This document shows, one piece after another, positions 37,452 to 46,092 of a stretch of 64,000 nt of DNA. The stretch's first letter is position 1. Every line of letters begins with the position of its first letter. Made by a program: the position numbers and the translations under genes. The DNA lies in NCBI GenBank assembly GCA_963725235.1, contig CAVRXN010000002.1, positions 442,902-506,901 of the forward strand, given 5' to 3'. The stretch comes from an uncultured bacterium (GTDB taxonomy: Bacteria; Patescibacteriota; Minisyncoccia; UBA6257; 2-01-FULL-56-20). The notes beneath the pieces are model-generated. The model worked only from the letters and a program-made list of their open reading frames with translations, searched no databases and had not been told where the DNA came from.

Positions 37452-38099
37452 CTACGGCGTCTCCTCTTCTTCCTCGTCTTCCTCTTCCACCTCAATTTCT
37501 TCAACCTCATCGTCATCATCACTCGCTTTTGCGGCACCGCCCGCGCCCTCTTTTCCGCCCATCGCCTCTTCATCAATTTTCGCGCTCGCCAACTCCGTCA
37601 GCTCATCGCTCGTCTCCCGCTCCTCGTCGAGCGTCTCCTGCAACAAATCGGCAACTTCGCCGAGGTCGAGCAGCCGCGCCCATGCGACCGCCGACTCGTA
37701 CCCGGCAATCTCATAGTGCTCAGCATATTGCCCCGCAGCGACGAGCGCAGCATCAAGCGCCGCATCACCCTTAACGTTTTTCATCACCCACTCCGCATCG
37801 GCGATAATGCCGCGAATACCTTCGCACGCCAACTTCTGCGGCCGGACCTCGAGCTCTGCGAACGCACGCTCCAACCGTGCACCGTGCTCCTGCGTCTGCT
37901 TCGCATGCCGCTCGAACCCGCGCCGCAAATCCTCATCCGTCGCCTTCTTCGCCATCTTCGGCAACGCCTTCACCAACTGACTCTCGACATCGTATAACGA
38001 TTTCAGTTTTGTCACTAAAAGATCGTCGAGCGCCATCTCTTCAACTTTCGTTTTCGCACCCGCCGCATTCTGCGCTATTTTTTGTAATTTCTTTGGCAT
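37452..38099 (-). CDS. ferritin-like YciE/YciF (DUF892) family protein with poly-acidic tail
   Basis: LKSLYDVESQLVKALPKMAKKATDEDLRRGFERHAKQTQEH. Tail DDDDEVEEIEVEEEDEEEEETP. Confidence 0.7.
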   Translation of the reverse strand: MPKKLQKIAQNAAGAKTKVEEMALDDLLVTKLKSLYDVESQLVKALPKMAKKATDEDLRRGFERHAKQTQEHGARLERAFAELEVRPQKLACEGIRGIIADAEWVMKNVKGDAALDAALVAAGQYAEHYEIAGYESAVAWARLLDLGEVADLLQETLDEERETSDELTELASAKIDEEAMGGKEGAGGAAKASDDDDEVEEIEVEEEDEEEEETP

Positions 38100-38214
38100 A
38101 TCTTTTTATATAAATTAATTTTAATTACTGCACCCGCGATTCCCCATCGCAAACACTACTACCCGCAGGCGTTTTCCTTTCTTTCAGCTATTATTTTACG
38201 GCCGCAAAATTACG

Positions 38215-38268
38215 ATACCACAAAGGTCATTAAAAAAAGTTTAAGAAAAAAGCCCAGCAAAACGCGCT
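38215..38268 (-). repeat. 54-nt intergenic sequence, copy A (copy B at 47400..47453)
   Basis: 41 of 54 positions are identical without gaps to 47400..47453. Both copies start at the stop codon of the upstream minus-strand gene and end in TGnTAT. Confidence 0.75.
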
Positions 38269-38505
38269 TTAATCCGCCTCTACCGTCTTCCTAATCTCCT
38301 TAAATTCATTCTCAATCTCCACCAGCCGTTTCTTGCTCGATTTCATCAATTCGCCAGCTTTTTTTATTTTTTCAAGCGCCAATTCGACATCAAGCTCTTC
38401 CTGCGAATCAAACCACTCGAGGATCACCGAGATCTCTTTGAGATGGTCTTTGAAATTTCCATTGCCGGCACCGCTCGCAACCGACTCCTTTATTTTTTTT
38501 GCCAT
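38269..38505 (-). CDS. xseB: exodeoxyribonuclease VII small subunit
   Basis: 78-aa helical protein directly after xseA, containing FKDHLKEISVILEWFDSQEELDVELALEKIKKAGELMK. Confidence 0.75.
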   Translation of the reverse strand: MAKKIKESVASGAGNGNFKDHLKEISVILEWFDSQEELDVELALEKIKKAGELMKSSKKRLVEIENEFKEIRKTVEAD

Positions 38506-38520
38506 GAAATTTTAATGAAA

Positions 38521-39687
38521 TTATAATAACTCATTCTGCGATCGAACGCGCGACTTGATCGAACCATCCGCAAATTCCGTTTCGAGTTCATCACCCGGCT
38601 TGAACGCGCCAACACTTCGCACAATTTTACCACCTTTCCGCGTGATCGAGTAGCCAAGTTTCAGCTGGCGGCGCGGATCGTTCAACCGGATAAACCGCTC
38701 CGCATAATCGATTTGCTCCGCGGCCCATTCGAGCCGCCGCTCAATCTGCCCCGTCATCCGCAACCACGCCGCCTCGATATCGTTCGCACGAAACTTCAGC
38801 TCCTGCTGCATCCGGACAAAAACCGACGCGAGCTGATGCACCTTCGCATACGCCTCCTCCCAAGAACGGTTGAGCAAGTGTGCCGTAGCGGTCGGCGTCG
38901 AACAAATGTAATCCGCCGCGAGCGCGACAAGCGGAACATCCTGATCGTGGCCGATGCCCGCGATGACCGGCACCGGGAAATCGACAATCGCACGGACGAG
39001 CAGTTCGTTATTGAATGCCTGGAGCGATTCGAGTGAGCCGCCGCCGCGAATAATGACGAGTGCGTCGAGACCGGGCTTGCCATCGCTGTCGATTCGGTCG
39101 GCCAACATACGCATCGTCGCGACTGCCGCGAGCAAATCCTTGACTGCCGCCTGTCCTTCAACGCGCGAATCGCAAACGCTAATTTTAAAACCAAACTTGC
39201 CAAGATTGTTTTCGAAGTCATGGATGACAGCCCCCTTGAGCGACGTTACCACACCGATGCGCTGCGGAAATTCCGGCAACGCGCGCTTCCGCTCCGGCGC
39301 GAATACACCGTCGACTTCGAGTTTCTTTTTGAGCGCCTCGTATGCTTTTTTGAGCGCTCCCTCGCCAACCAACTCGATCATATCCGCAACAAACGACAAC
39401 CGCCCGCTCGGCGGATAAATATTCGGATGGCCCGTCAGCACCACTTCCATCCCGACCTCGAGCGCGACGCCACACATTTCGTAGTTCCGTTTCCAGATAA
39501 TCGAATCGAGAACCGCGCTCGCGCCATTCTCGCCGGCGGTCTTATCTTTAATGGTGAAGTAGACGTGCCCCGATGCCGCGCGTTTCAGTTCGCAAATTTC
39601 GCCCGTGATGCGGACATCTTCTTTTTTGAAAAAGACGTTGAGGATTTCGACGAATTGCGAGATGGAGAAGATTTTGTCTTCGTTCAT
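38521..39687 (-). CDS. xseA: exodeoxyribonuclease VII large subunit
   Basis: OB-fold N-terminus (VRITGEICELKRAASGHVYFTIKD), then IGVVTS..GAVIHDF and IIRGGGSLESLQAFN. Confidence 0.9.
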   Translation of the reverse strand: MNEDKIFSISQFVEILNVFFKKEDVRITGEICELKRAASGHVYFTIKDKTAGENGASAVLDSIIWKRNYEMCGVALEVGMEVVLTGHPNIYPPSGRLSFVADMIELVGEGALKKAYEALKKKLEVDGVFAPERKRALPEFPQRIGVVTSLKGAVIHDFENNLGKFGFKISVCDSRVEGQAAVKDLLAAVATMRMLADRIDSDGKPGLDALVIIRGGGSLESLQAFNNELLVRAIVDFPVPVIAGIGHDQDVPLVALAADYICSTPTATAHLLNRSWEEAYAKVHQLASVFVRMQQELKFRANDIEAAWLRMTGQIERRLEWAAEQIDYAERFIRLNDPRRQLKLGYSITRKGGKIVRSVGAFKPGDELETEFADGSIKSRVRSQNELL

Positions 39688-39802
39688 TGTAATATCATTT
39701 TTTTAATTTCATCGTAATGTCGAGAAAATGAGCCGGAAATAACAATTGTCTTAGGCATTTTATTTATCCAATGATTATAAAACTAATCCCAAATAAGTGC
39801 AT

Positions 39803-40906
39803 TCATTCCAACTTTTCCACCCTCACTCCCAGCAATCGAAACGCTTTCCGCCGCGGATTCTCGCGTGCGTCGAGGAAGGGCAAAAATAATCGGAGCGCAT
39901 GAAATTCCAGCGTTTCAAGCTGTGAGTCCGAGCCCGTCAGCGTCATCGCCCTCGTCTTCGTCTCGAAATCGGCAAAGCGAACCGTTATCGCGATCGTGCG
40001 AAATTGCTTGAAACCGCTCCGCGCAAACCGCTCGTAGACATCCCGCGAAATCGCCGCAAGCCGCGCCCGCAAAAATTCCGGATCGTTCGCATCACGCTCG
40101 AACGTCTCCTGCTCGCCAATCGACTTCGCTTCCCACTCTTCGACAAGCGGCGCCTCCGACCGTCCACGCAATTTTTCATACAAGTCCACACCCCATTTCC
40201 CCATCAACTCACGCAATTCTGCGAGCGACAGCCGCCGCGCATCACCCACCGTCACAATCCCCAACCGCTTAAACTTCTCCTCCGCTTTCGGCCCAACGCC
40301 CGGAATTTTTCGCACAGACATCGGCTCCAAAAACTTTTCGGTATCCTCCGCGCGAACAACCGTCAGCCCATCCGGCTTCTCAACATCCGACGCAATCTTC
40401 GCGATCAGCTTATTCGGCCCGATCCCAACCGTCGCTGTCAAGTTTTCTTTAATCTTTATTTCATTTTTTATTTTGAAAGCAATCTCTCGCGCACGTTCAT
40501 AAGGATCCGTAACCGACGCACCAACCGTCGACAGATCGAAATATGCCTCGTCAATGCTTGCCTGTTCGATATGGTCGGTATACTGTTTCAGAATTTCCAT
40601 AATTCGCGCCGAGACCTCACCGTATTTCGAGTAATGACCGTCCACAAAAACCGCAGGCGGCAACCCGCGAACACGTGCCGCTTCCGAAAATTGCCATGCT
40701 TTCGAGATCGGCAACGCCGAGCGGATGCCGTATTCGCGCGCCGCATAGTTCGCCGTCGAAACAACACCACGCCCAAATCCATCTTTCGGATCTGCGCCAA
40801 CGACGATCGGCTTGCCGACGAGTCGTGGATTATCCCGTTCTTCGACTGAAGCAAAGAACGCATCCATGTCTAAATGTCCGATGATTCGTTGTGGTGATGA
40901 AGCCAT
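39803..40906 (-). CDS. dinB: DNA polymerase IV
   Basis: IIGHLDMDAFFASVEERDNPRL..SIDEAYFDL..GIGPNKLIAKIAS. Confidence 0.9.
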   Translation of the reverse strand: MASSPQRIIGHLDMDAFFASVEERDNPRLVGKPIVVGADPKDGFGRGVVSTANYAAREYGIRSALPISKAWQFSEAARVRGLPPAVFVDGHYSKYGEVSARIMEILKQYTDHIEQASIDEAYFDLSTVGASVTDPYERAREIAFKIKNEIKIKENLTATVGIGPNKLIAKIASDVEKPDGLTVVRAEDTEKFLEPMSVRKIPGVGPKAEEKFKRLGIVTVGDARRLSLAELRELMGKWGVDLYEKLRGRSEAPLVEEWEAKSIGEQETFERDANDPEFLRARLAAISRDVYERFARSGFKQFRTIAITVRFADFETKTRAMTLTGSDSQLETLEFHALRLFLPFLDARENPRRKAFRLLGVRVEKLE

Positions 40907-40970
40907 ATCTATATTATATACTGTATATACATTACGAGCGAAAACTCCGGGATGATTTATTAAAACTAGA

Positions 40971-41705
40971 TTAAATAAAATCGTAACTCAAGCTCTCTTC
41001 CTCCGGATTCTTATAGAGCGGCACGATTTCGATATCATCTTTGTGCGGCTTCATACGAATGACATCGATCACTTTGCCGAAAATCTGGAAATCGCGCTGC
41101 AGGATGATTGGCTTGTACTGCGGGTCGGATGAGACCGGACGCAGGATGACCGCGTTCGACGCGAACTCGATCTTTTTGATGACGGCGAAGCTGTCGATGA
41201 TCGCGACGACGAGATTGCCATCGTGGACCGCGTCGCTGCCCGCTTCCGTCACTTCGACCAGCACGTAGTCGCCTTCTTTAATGCCCGCGTCGACCATCGA
41301 ATCGCCGATCGCTTTCACGCAGACGACGTTGTCTTTTTTTACGCCGCGCAGTAACGTGGTCGCGACGCAGACATAGTCGCCGAAATTGCGATGGGCGAAA
41401 ATCGCCATTTGGTCGCAGCCGGCAGAGGCGATGACCGGGATGTTGATCGTCGCCACATTATTTTCATTCTCGCCCGTCAATCGAATCCCACGCCGCTCAT
41501 ACCGCCGCCGCTCGATCAATCCCTTCCGCTCAAGCGATTCGAGATACTGCGTCACCGCTCGCGGAGATGAAAATTTCATTAAATTCACCAGCTCCGCCAC
41601 CGTCGGCGACTCACCATTCTTCTCTACGAGCCGCTTCAGCGACTCATAGAACTGCTTTTGCTTTTCGGTCAGTTTGATTGGCCCATTGTTTTGTTTATTA
41701 GTCAT
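40971..41705 (-). CDS. lexA: LexA repressor
   Basis: N-terminal wHTH (SPTVAELVNLMKFSSPRAVTQYLESLERKGLI), an Ala-Gly site (ASAGC), and the S24 catalytic residues GDSM..VIKK. Confidence 0.9.
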   Translation of the reverse strand: MTNKQNNGPIKLTEKQKQFYESLKRLVEKNGESPTVAELVNLMKFSSPRAVTQYLESLERKGLIERRRYERRGIRLTGENENNVATINIPVIASAGCDQMAIFAHRNFGDYVCVATTLLRGVKKDNVVCVKAIGDSMVDAGIKEGDYVLVEVTEAGSDAVHDGNLVVAIIDSFAVIKKIEFASNAVILRPVSSDPQYKPIILQRDFQIFGKVIDVIRMKPHKDDIEIVPLYKNPEEESLSYDFI

Positions 41706-41769
41706 AAATATATTCTATCATCCATCTATTTATATACAATATATACCCTGTGGATAAGTTAAAAATAAT

Positions 41770-42873
41770 ATGCTATCATCAACCCTTATGGAAAACGAAG
41801 CCACCTACACCTCCCTCAAAAAGCTCTCCGACAAGCACGGCGAGCTGGAGTTTAGTGCGGAGATTCCGAACGAGACGATAGCTAAATATGAAACCAAAGC
41901 ACTGGCCGAACACGCGCGGGATTTTGAGTTGCCGGGATTCCGGAAGGGCAAGGTGCCGGAGGCGATGATTCGCGAGCGCGTGGATGAGATGCATTTGCTC
42001 GAAGATGCGGCGGATTACGCACTGCGCGATGCGGTGCGCGACATCATGCGCGACGAAAAACTTTCGATTGTCGGCAGCCCACGCCTGACGATTACGAAAA
42101 TCGCTCCGCGCAATCCGATTGAGTTTAAAGTTATGTTCGCGTTGTATCCGGAGGTGAAGTTGCCGGACTATAAGAAGATCGGCGCAGAAGTTGCGGCGAC
42201 GAAAGATGTCGCAGCGGAAGTCACGGAGCCAGAAATGAAGGAAGCAGTCACTCGCCTGCTCGCGATGCTCTCGCTCCAAAACCCGGAAATCGATACTGAC
42301 AAAGATAAAATGCCGGAGCTGACGGATGAGCTCGTTGGGAAGTTGGGCGCGTTCAAGAGCGTTGATGAATTTAAATTAAAATTACGTGAAAACCTGGCGC
42401 AGGATAAAGAATTGCAAGCGAAGGAAGCGCGGCGCGAGGAGTTGATGAAAAAAGTGGTTGATGCGGCGAAGGTGGAGATCCCGGAGATGCTGGTTGACGA
42501 GGAATGGTATGCGTTCGAAGAGCGGCGGAACGCCGAACTTGAGAACGCGAAAATCTCGCTCGACGATTATTTAAAACAGATTAAAAAATCGGCGGCGGAT
42601 CTCGAGAAGGAAGAGCGCGAGCTGATCGCCACGCGGATCAAGACGAGTATGGTGTTTCGCGCGATCCAACAGGCGGAAAAAATCGAGCCGAGCGAGCGTG
42701 AGGTCCAGACGAATATCGCCTATTTGAAAATGAAATACAAAGATCGAAGCGAAGCGTGGCTGCGCGAGACGGCGGAGGCGCTCATCATCCAGGAAAAGAT
42801 TTTTGCGTTGCTCGGGCTATCGATGGCGGACGAGAAACCGGCGGCGGCAACAGCGGCCGAAACGGCGAAATAA
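41770..42873 (+). CDS. tig: trigger factor lacking the PPIase domain
   Basis: GFRKGKVPEAMI N-domain motif. The N-terminal and C-terminal arm regions are joined by about 20 aa where the FKBP domain normally sits. Alternative start at ATG 41788. Confidence 0.8.
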   Translation: MLSSTLMENEATYTSLKKLSDKHGELEFSAEIPNETIAKYETKALAEHARDFELPGFRKGKVPEAMIRERVDEMHLLEDAADYALRDAVRDIMRDEKLSIVGSPRLTITKIAPRNPIEFKVMFALYPEVKLPDYKKIGAEVAATKDVAAEVTEPEMKEAVTRLLAMLSLQNPEIDTDKDKMPELTDELVGKLGAFKSVDEFKLKLRENLAQDKELQAKEARREELMKKVVDAAKVEIPEMLVDEEWYAFEERRNAELENAKISLDDYLKQIKKSAADLEKEERELIATRIKTSMVFRAIQQAEKIEPSEREVQTNIAYLKMKYKDRSEAWLRETAEALIIQEKIFALLGLSMADEKPAAATAAETAK

Positions 42874-42876
42874 AAA

Positions 42877-42902
42877 GGCGCGCCTGCGAGAACAGGAGCG
42901 CC
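42877..42902 (-). terminator. rho-independent terminator after 42926..43393
   Basis: Minus strand reads GGCGCTCCTG-ttctcg-CAGGCGCGCC followed by TTTTTATTT. Confidence 0.65.
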
Positions 42903-42925
42903 AGAATAATCATGCCTGCACGAAG

Positions 42926-43393
42926 TCAGTGTTCTTTCCGTACTCCAAGTGTTCCTTTGGGAGATTTTCCTCCTCGTCCGGCCGATCGTGGTGGGGCTGT
43001 GCGTGTATGGCGGGTAGCAGAACTGCGCCGCGGCTTCTGTCCTTTCTGCATCTCCTTCGCGAGCAATTTCGCCTGCGCCTGGATGCGCTTCCATTCCGCT
43101 TTCATGTCAGTCGCAACCTTCGCGAGTTCCGGCTTATTGATCTTCGCCATCGCACCATAATGCTTGACCGCCTGGTCAACAATTCGCTTATACTCCGTCT
43201 CGCTCATGCTCCGCGCCATCGCGAGCTTTTTCACCGACTCTTTCCTCGCCTTCGCAACCCACGTTTTCACCTTCGCCTGCTTCTCCTTCCCCATCCGCTC
43301 CCAAAGAACATAACCGCCCGCGAGCGCCAACGCCGCGGCAGCAATCGCTCCCGCCCCAATCTCCGCACCAAGATGTTTATTTTTTGTAGTCAT
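42926..43393 (-). CDS. basic membrane-anchored protein (YtxH-like?)
   Basis: GAEIGAGAIAAAALALAGG helix followed by a K/R/A-rich helical region. Confidence 0.4.
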   Translation of the reverse strand: MTTKNKHLGAEIGAGAIAAAALALAGGYVLWERMGKEKQAKVKTWVAKARKESVKKLAMARSMSETEYKRIVDQAVKHYGAMAKINKPELAKVATDMKAEWKRIQAQAKLLAKEMQKGQKPRRSSATRHTRTAPPRSAGRGGKSPKGTLGVRKEH

Positions 43394-43445
43394 AGTTGTT
43401 TTAATTATTAGTTAATTATGAAAATTTTAATGTATTTTTAACATT

Positions 43446-43730
43446 TTATTTCTTCGACTTTTTGGATGCATTATTCATCATGCTTTTAAAAAACTTCCCA
43501 AACGCGAACAAGCTCTTTAGTTTGAATCCTTCCCGGCGAACGACGTCGCGCAGGTCATGCACGTCTTCCTGGAACAAAACCGCTTCCTCGTGGACCAAGT
43601 CAGCGATCTTCCGAATGCGTCGCAAGGTAGCGACTAAATAGATCAGCGCGATTATTAAAACGATGCCAACAATGACAACGACGATGGTTGTTACGAAGAA
43701 GAAAATGTCGGCGTGGATGAAGTCGTTCAT
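43446..43730 (-). CDS. small membrane protein (DUF948-like?)
   Basis: One TM (IFFFVTTIVVVIVGIVLIIALIYLV) followed by an amphipathic helix. Confidence 0.4.
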   Translation of the reverse strand: MNDFIHADIFFFVTTIVVVIVGIVLIIALIYLVATLRRIRKIADLVHEEAVLFQEDVHDLRDVVRREGFKLKSLFAFGKFFKSMMNNASKKSKK

Positions 43731-43782
43731 GGTGATTATTCGTACTTCTAGTATATCATACTGCTATCATCCTCGCCGAATT

Positions 43783-44988
43783 TCATTTAGCAAATAATCT
43801 TCCAAGCGCTTGGCGTTTCTCGTCTGGCGATAAGCGCATGCGGCGCACCGCCTCGCCGAGGATCTGTATCGTCTGGTCATAGGTCTTCCGGTCGACGGCA
43901 TACGGCGTCGCATCCTTGCCGCCATGCGCGAAACTATATCGCGCCGGGTCTTCGTATGATGGATTCGCGCCATAAATAACCTCGCCGACCAGTGCGAGCG
44001 CGCGTACGGTTTTTGGCCCAACCCCTTCCATTGCGACGAGCTTCTCATAATTCTCCGGCTTGCGGTCCGTAACTTTCGCGAGAATTTTTTCGAGGTATTT
44101 GCTCCGTGCAAAATCTTCGTGGACGACTGGGTGATATTTAAACTCGCGCGATTCGAGATTGAGAACCGTTAACTCGCGATCTTCAAACAACCCTTCCTGC
44201 CCACGCTGCCGTAACTTCACCATCTGCGACAATCGCGACGAATGTTTCCGCAAAAGCTGAATATCTTTCATCAACGTAAAATATCCCGCTTGCACGAGCT
44301 CGGTCGAAAGCTCGCGCGTCGACGCGCTGCCCCGCGCCGTCAAGTTCAACACGCGATTCATAACGACCGGCGACGAAATCGCCGCATGCGGCTCCGCAAC
44401 CAGATCATCGATATTCTCCGAAAACCAATGATAGCGGCGCGCCTTCGCGGCTTCGGCGTTCATACCCTGCTGAACAACCGCCCATGAACCAATTTTCGCG
44501 CGGCCCATCGCCGCATCGCGCACGCGCGAAAAGAAAAAAGCATGATGATACAGCTGAAACCCATCTTGAACCAAAGCGCTATCAACCTTCGCGCTCATCT
44601 TCGAGTTATAAACCAAATTTTCCGTCGGCGCCTCGGCAAGCGCGAGCCGTTCGCCCCACGTACGAATTTCATCCGGCGTTTTCCGCGAAGTCGCACCTTT
44701 GCCGCCGCAGATAAAAATCCCAAGCTCGCGCTCTTCGCCGCGAATCGCTTCTTTCAGCGCCGCCGTCAAAATAGTTGTTAAACCGGAAGCGTTCCAGTCA
44801 AACGCCAACACCGTTCCGAGCGATTGAAACCAAACCGGATCAGCGATGCGCCGGATGAACTCATCCGGCCCATATTCGGCCACCAAGACGCGCACCATCT
44901 CGCGCCCCAGCGCCACCATGCGCCGAAAAAGCCACGGCGGACAATGTCCGCCATCAAGCCCGAAGGATGCAATGCCACGTTGGATCAT
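43783..44988 (-). CDS. DUF763 family protein with C-terminal helix-hairpin-helix
   Basis: GLDGGHCPPWLF..FDWNASGLTT..ICGGKG..VGPKTVRALALVGEVIYG. The family assignment is from memory. Confidence 0.6.
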   Translation of the reverse strand: MIQRGIASFGLDGGHCPPWLFRRMVALGREMVRVLVAEYGPDEFIRRIADPVWFQSLGTVLAFDWNASGLTTILTAALKEAIRGEERELGIFICGGKGATSRKTPDEIRTWGERLALAEAPTENLVYNSKMSAKVDSALVQDGFQLYHHAFFFSRVRDAAMGRAKIGSWAVVQQGMNAEAAKARRYHWFSENIDDLVAEPHAAISSPVVMNRVLNLTARGSASTRELSTELVQAGYFTLMKDIQLLRKHSSRLSQMVKLRQRGQEGLFEDRELTVLNLESREFKYHPVVHEDFARSKYLEKILAKVTDRKPENYEKLVAMEGVGPKTVRALALVGEVIYGANPSYEDPARYSFAHGGKDATPYAVDRKTYDQTIQILGEAVRRMRLSPDEKRQALGRLFAK

Positions 44989-45034
44989 ATATATAGTATA
45001 TACAATCTAGCGATGACTGTTATGCACAACCCAC

Positions 45035-45062
45035 TTGATTCTTATAGTTGTATTGCTACAAT
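45035..45062 (+). promoter_or_regulatory. promoter TTGATT-N16-TACAAT for the 45069 RNA
   Basis: TTGATT at 45035-45040 and TACAAT at 45057-45062. The first G of the RNA closing helix lies 7 nt downstream. Confidence 0.55.
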
Positions 45063-45068
45063 GATTGT

Positions 45069-45364
45069 GGGTTCAGTTCTTTGCGAATAAAACAACCGTG
45101 ATTCCCGTGCGACCACGGGAACCCAGGACAAACCAGAGGCGCAGTACGAAGCCGATGACGGGAGTTGTAGGACCTTCGCGCAAGAAGGCTCCTGAGTAGT
45201 GCAGCGACATGTGCACGTGCTGTTGCATGAATCAACGGGTCGAGACAACTTGAAGGAAATTCATTTTTCCGAAAGGTTCGCCCGTAATCCTAAACGTGAA
45301 GAACTGAGCCCCTTTGCTCTTTTGTTTTTATCATCTTAGCCGACGCTCGTCGTCGGCTTTTTTA
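45069..45364 (+). ncRNA. structured RNA of about 296 nt, class not identified
   Basis: Closing helix GGGTTCAGTTCTT (45069-81) with AAGAACTGAGCCC (45299-311). Internal hairpins include TTCCCGTG-cgac-CACGGGAA. Terminator AGCCGACG-ctcgt-CGTCGGCT + TTTTTTATT (45338-45364). Confidence 0.55.
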
Positions 45365-45415
45365 TTGACACACATACTATGATTTTGTATCTTTACTACC
45401 AGAAGGAGAAATTAC

Positions 45416-45745
45416 ATGGATCGGGACGTCAGTGAGCACATTTCCCAAAGTGAAATTGACCTTTTTTTGAAACAGGCGGACCAGCGAATAAAAATACTAC
45501 ATAAGTTAACTTTTTATGTACTGTTTGCCGCCATGGACCTTGATTCAGCCGTGAAAGAGCTCCACTTGTTTGAGGCTAAATTTGATGGCACGAAAACAGC
45601 ATACGATGTATGGCGACATGTAGCCAGCTGTTATAAATGCCGTCTAGTGTACGCTAAAATTTATGACTACAATTTGCCTCAAGCATTGAAACCTTCAGGG
45701 TTTTTATGGAGGGCATACATAAAGACGTTGGAGCCAGGGTGGTGA
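45416..45745 (+). CDS. hypothetical protein with C-terminal H-x3-C-x2-C motif
   Basis: AAGGAG lies 8 nt before the ATG. Contains WRHVASCYKCRLVY. AT-rich codon usage compared with the flanks. Confidence 0.5.
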   Translation: MDRDVSEHISQSEIDLFLKQADQRIKILHKLTFYVLFAAMDLDSAVKELHLFEAKFDGTKTAYDVWRHVASCYKCRLVYAKIYDYNLPQALKPSGFLWRAYIKTLEPGW

Positions 45746-45818
45746 TATCATTATCTCGGCACAGTGTATGCACTCAAAAAGCGCTGACAGCAGCAATGCA
45801 TCAGCGCCTTTTTATTAC

Positions 45819-46082
45819 TCACAACTTCTGATAAATATCCTTTCTATCCCGAAACCGAAGCAAAATAATTTCGTTTTTCGTGATGCGATATACCAATCGA
45901 TACGAACCAATTCGAATTCGGAAAACGGAACCTTGTATTCCATGAAGTTTTTTCGCGCTGAGTGAGGGATCGGCAGGATTGTCTCGAAGTAGAGCGATTA
46001 TATTGTTAATACGCTTACGCATTTCCGGTTGAACGTCTTTAATATCCCCGCTAAATTGCGGGGCACTGAATATTTCTCGCAT
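45819..46082 (-). CDS. relE: type II toxin, RelE/ParE family
   Basis: 87 aa containing KKLHGIQGSVFRIRIGSYRLVYRITKNEIILLRFRDRKDIY. Confidence 0.8.
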   Translation of the reverse strand: MREIFSAPQFSGDIKDVQPEMRKRINNIIALLRDNPADPSLSAKKLHGIQGSVFRIRIGSYRLVYRITKNEIILLRFRDRKDIYQKL

Positions 46083-46092
46083 GCCTTATTGC

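Noticed and set aside
36927-37997. 356-aa ORF on the plus strand spanning cyoA and the YciE-like gene
   Set aside because: It is antisense to two well-supported genes and crosses their intergenic gap. Its Arg/His/Gln-rich composition marks it as a shadow ORF. The same reasoning applies to 40004..40849, 27860..28789, 60151..60918, 55341..55847 and 5323..5994.
38215-38268. The 54-nt repeat as a rho-independent terminator
   Set aside because: No stable stem could be drawn in either copy; only 2-4 bp pairings with loops that are too short. The T-runs alone are not sufficient.
40912-40931. E. coli-type SOS box (CTGT-N8-ACAG) upstream of dinB
   Set aside because: TACTGTATATACAT matches only the left half. 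The spacing gives TGT-N4-ACA, not the gamma-proteobacterial box. It is retained only as a weak lineage-specific candidate.
45069-45364. RNase P RNA, SRP RNA, tmRNA, 6S RNA or a known riboswitch
   Set aside because: I found no GGAAAGUCC/ACAGAA P4 elements, no GGAA/AGCA SRP domain IV, and no tRNA-like 3' end with CCA. TPP, lysine, glmS, M-box and cobalamin core motifs are also absent. A terminator separates it from the next gene. This was checked by eye only and needs Infernal.
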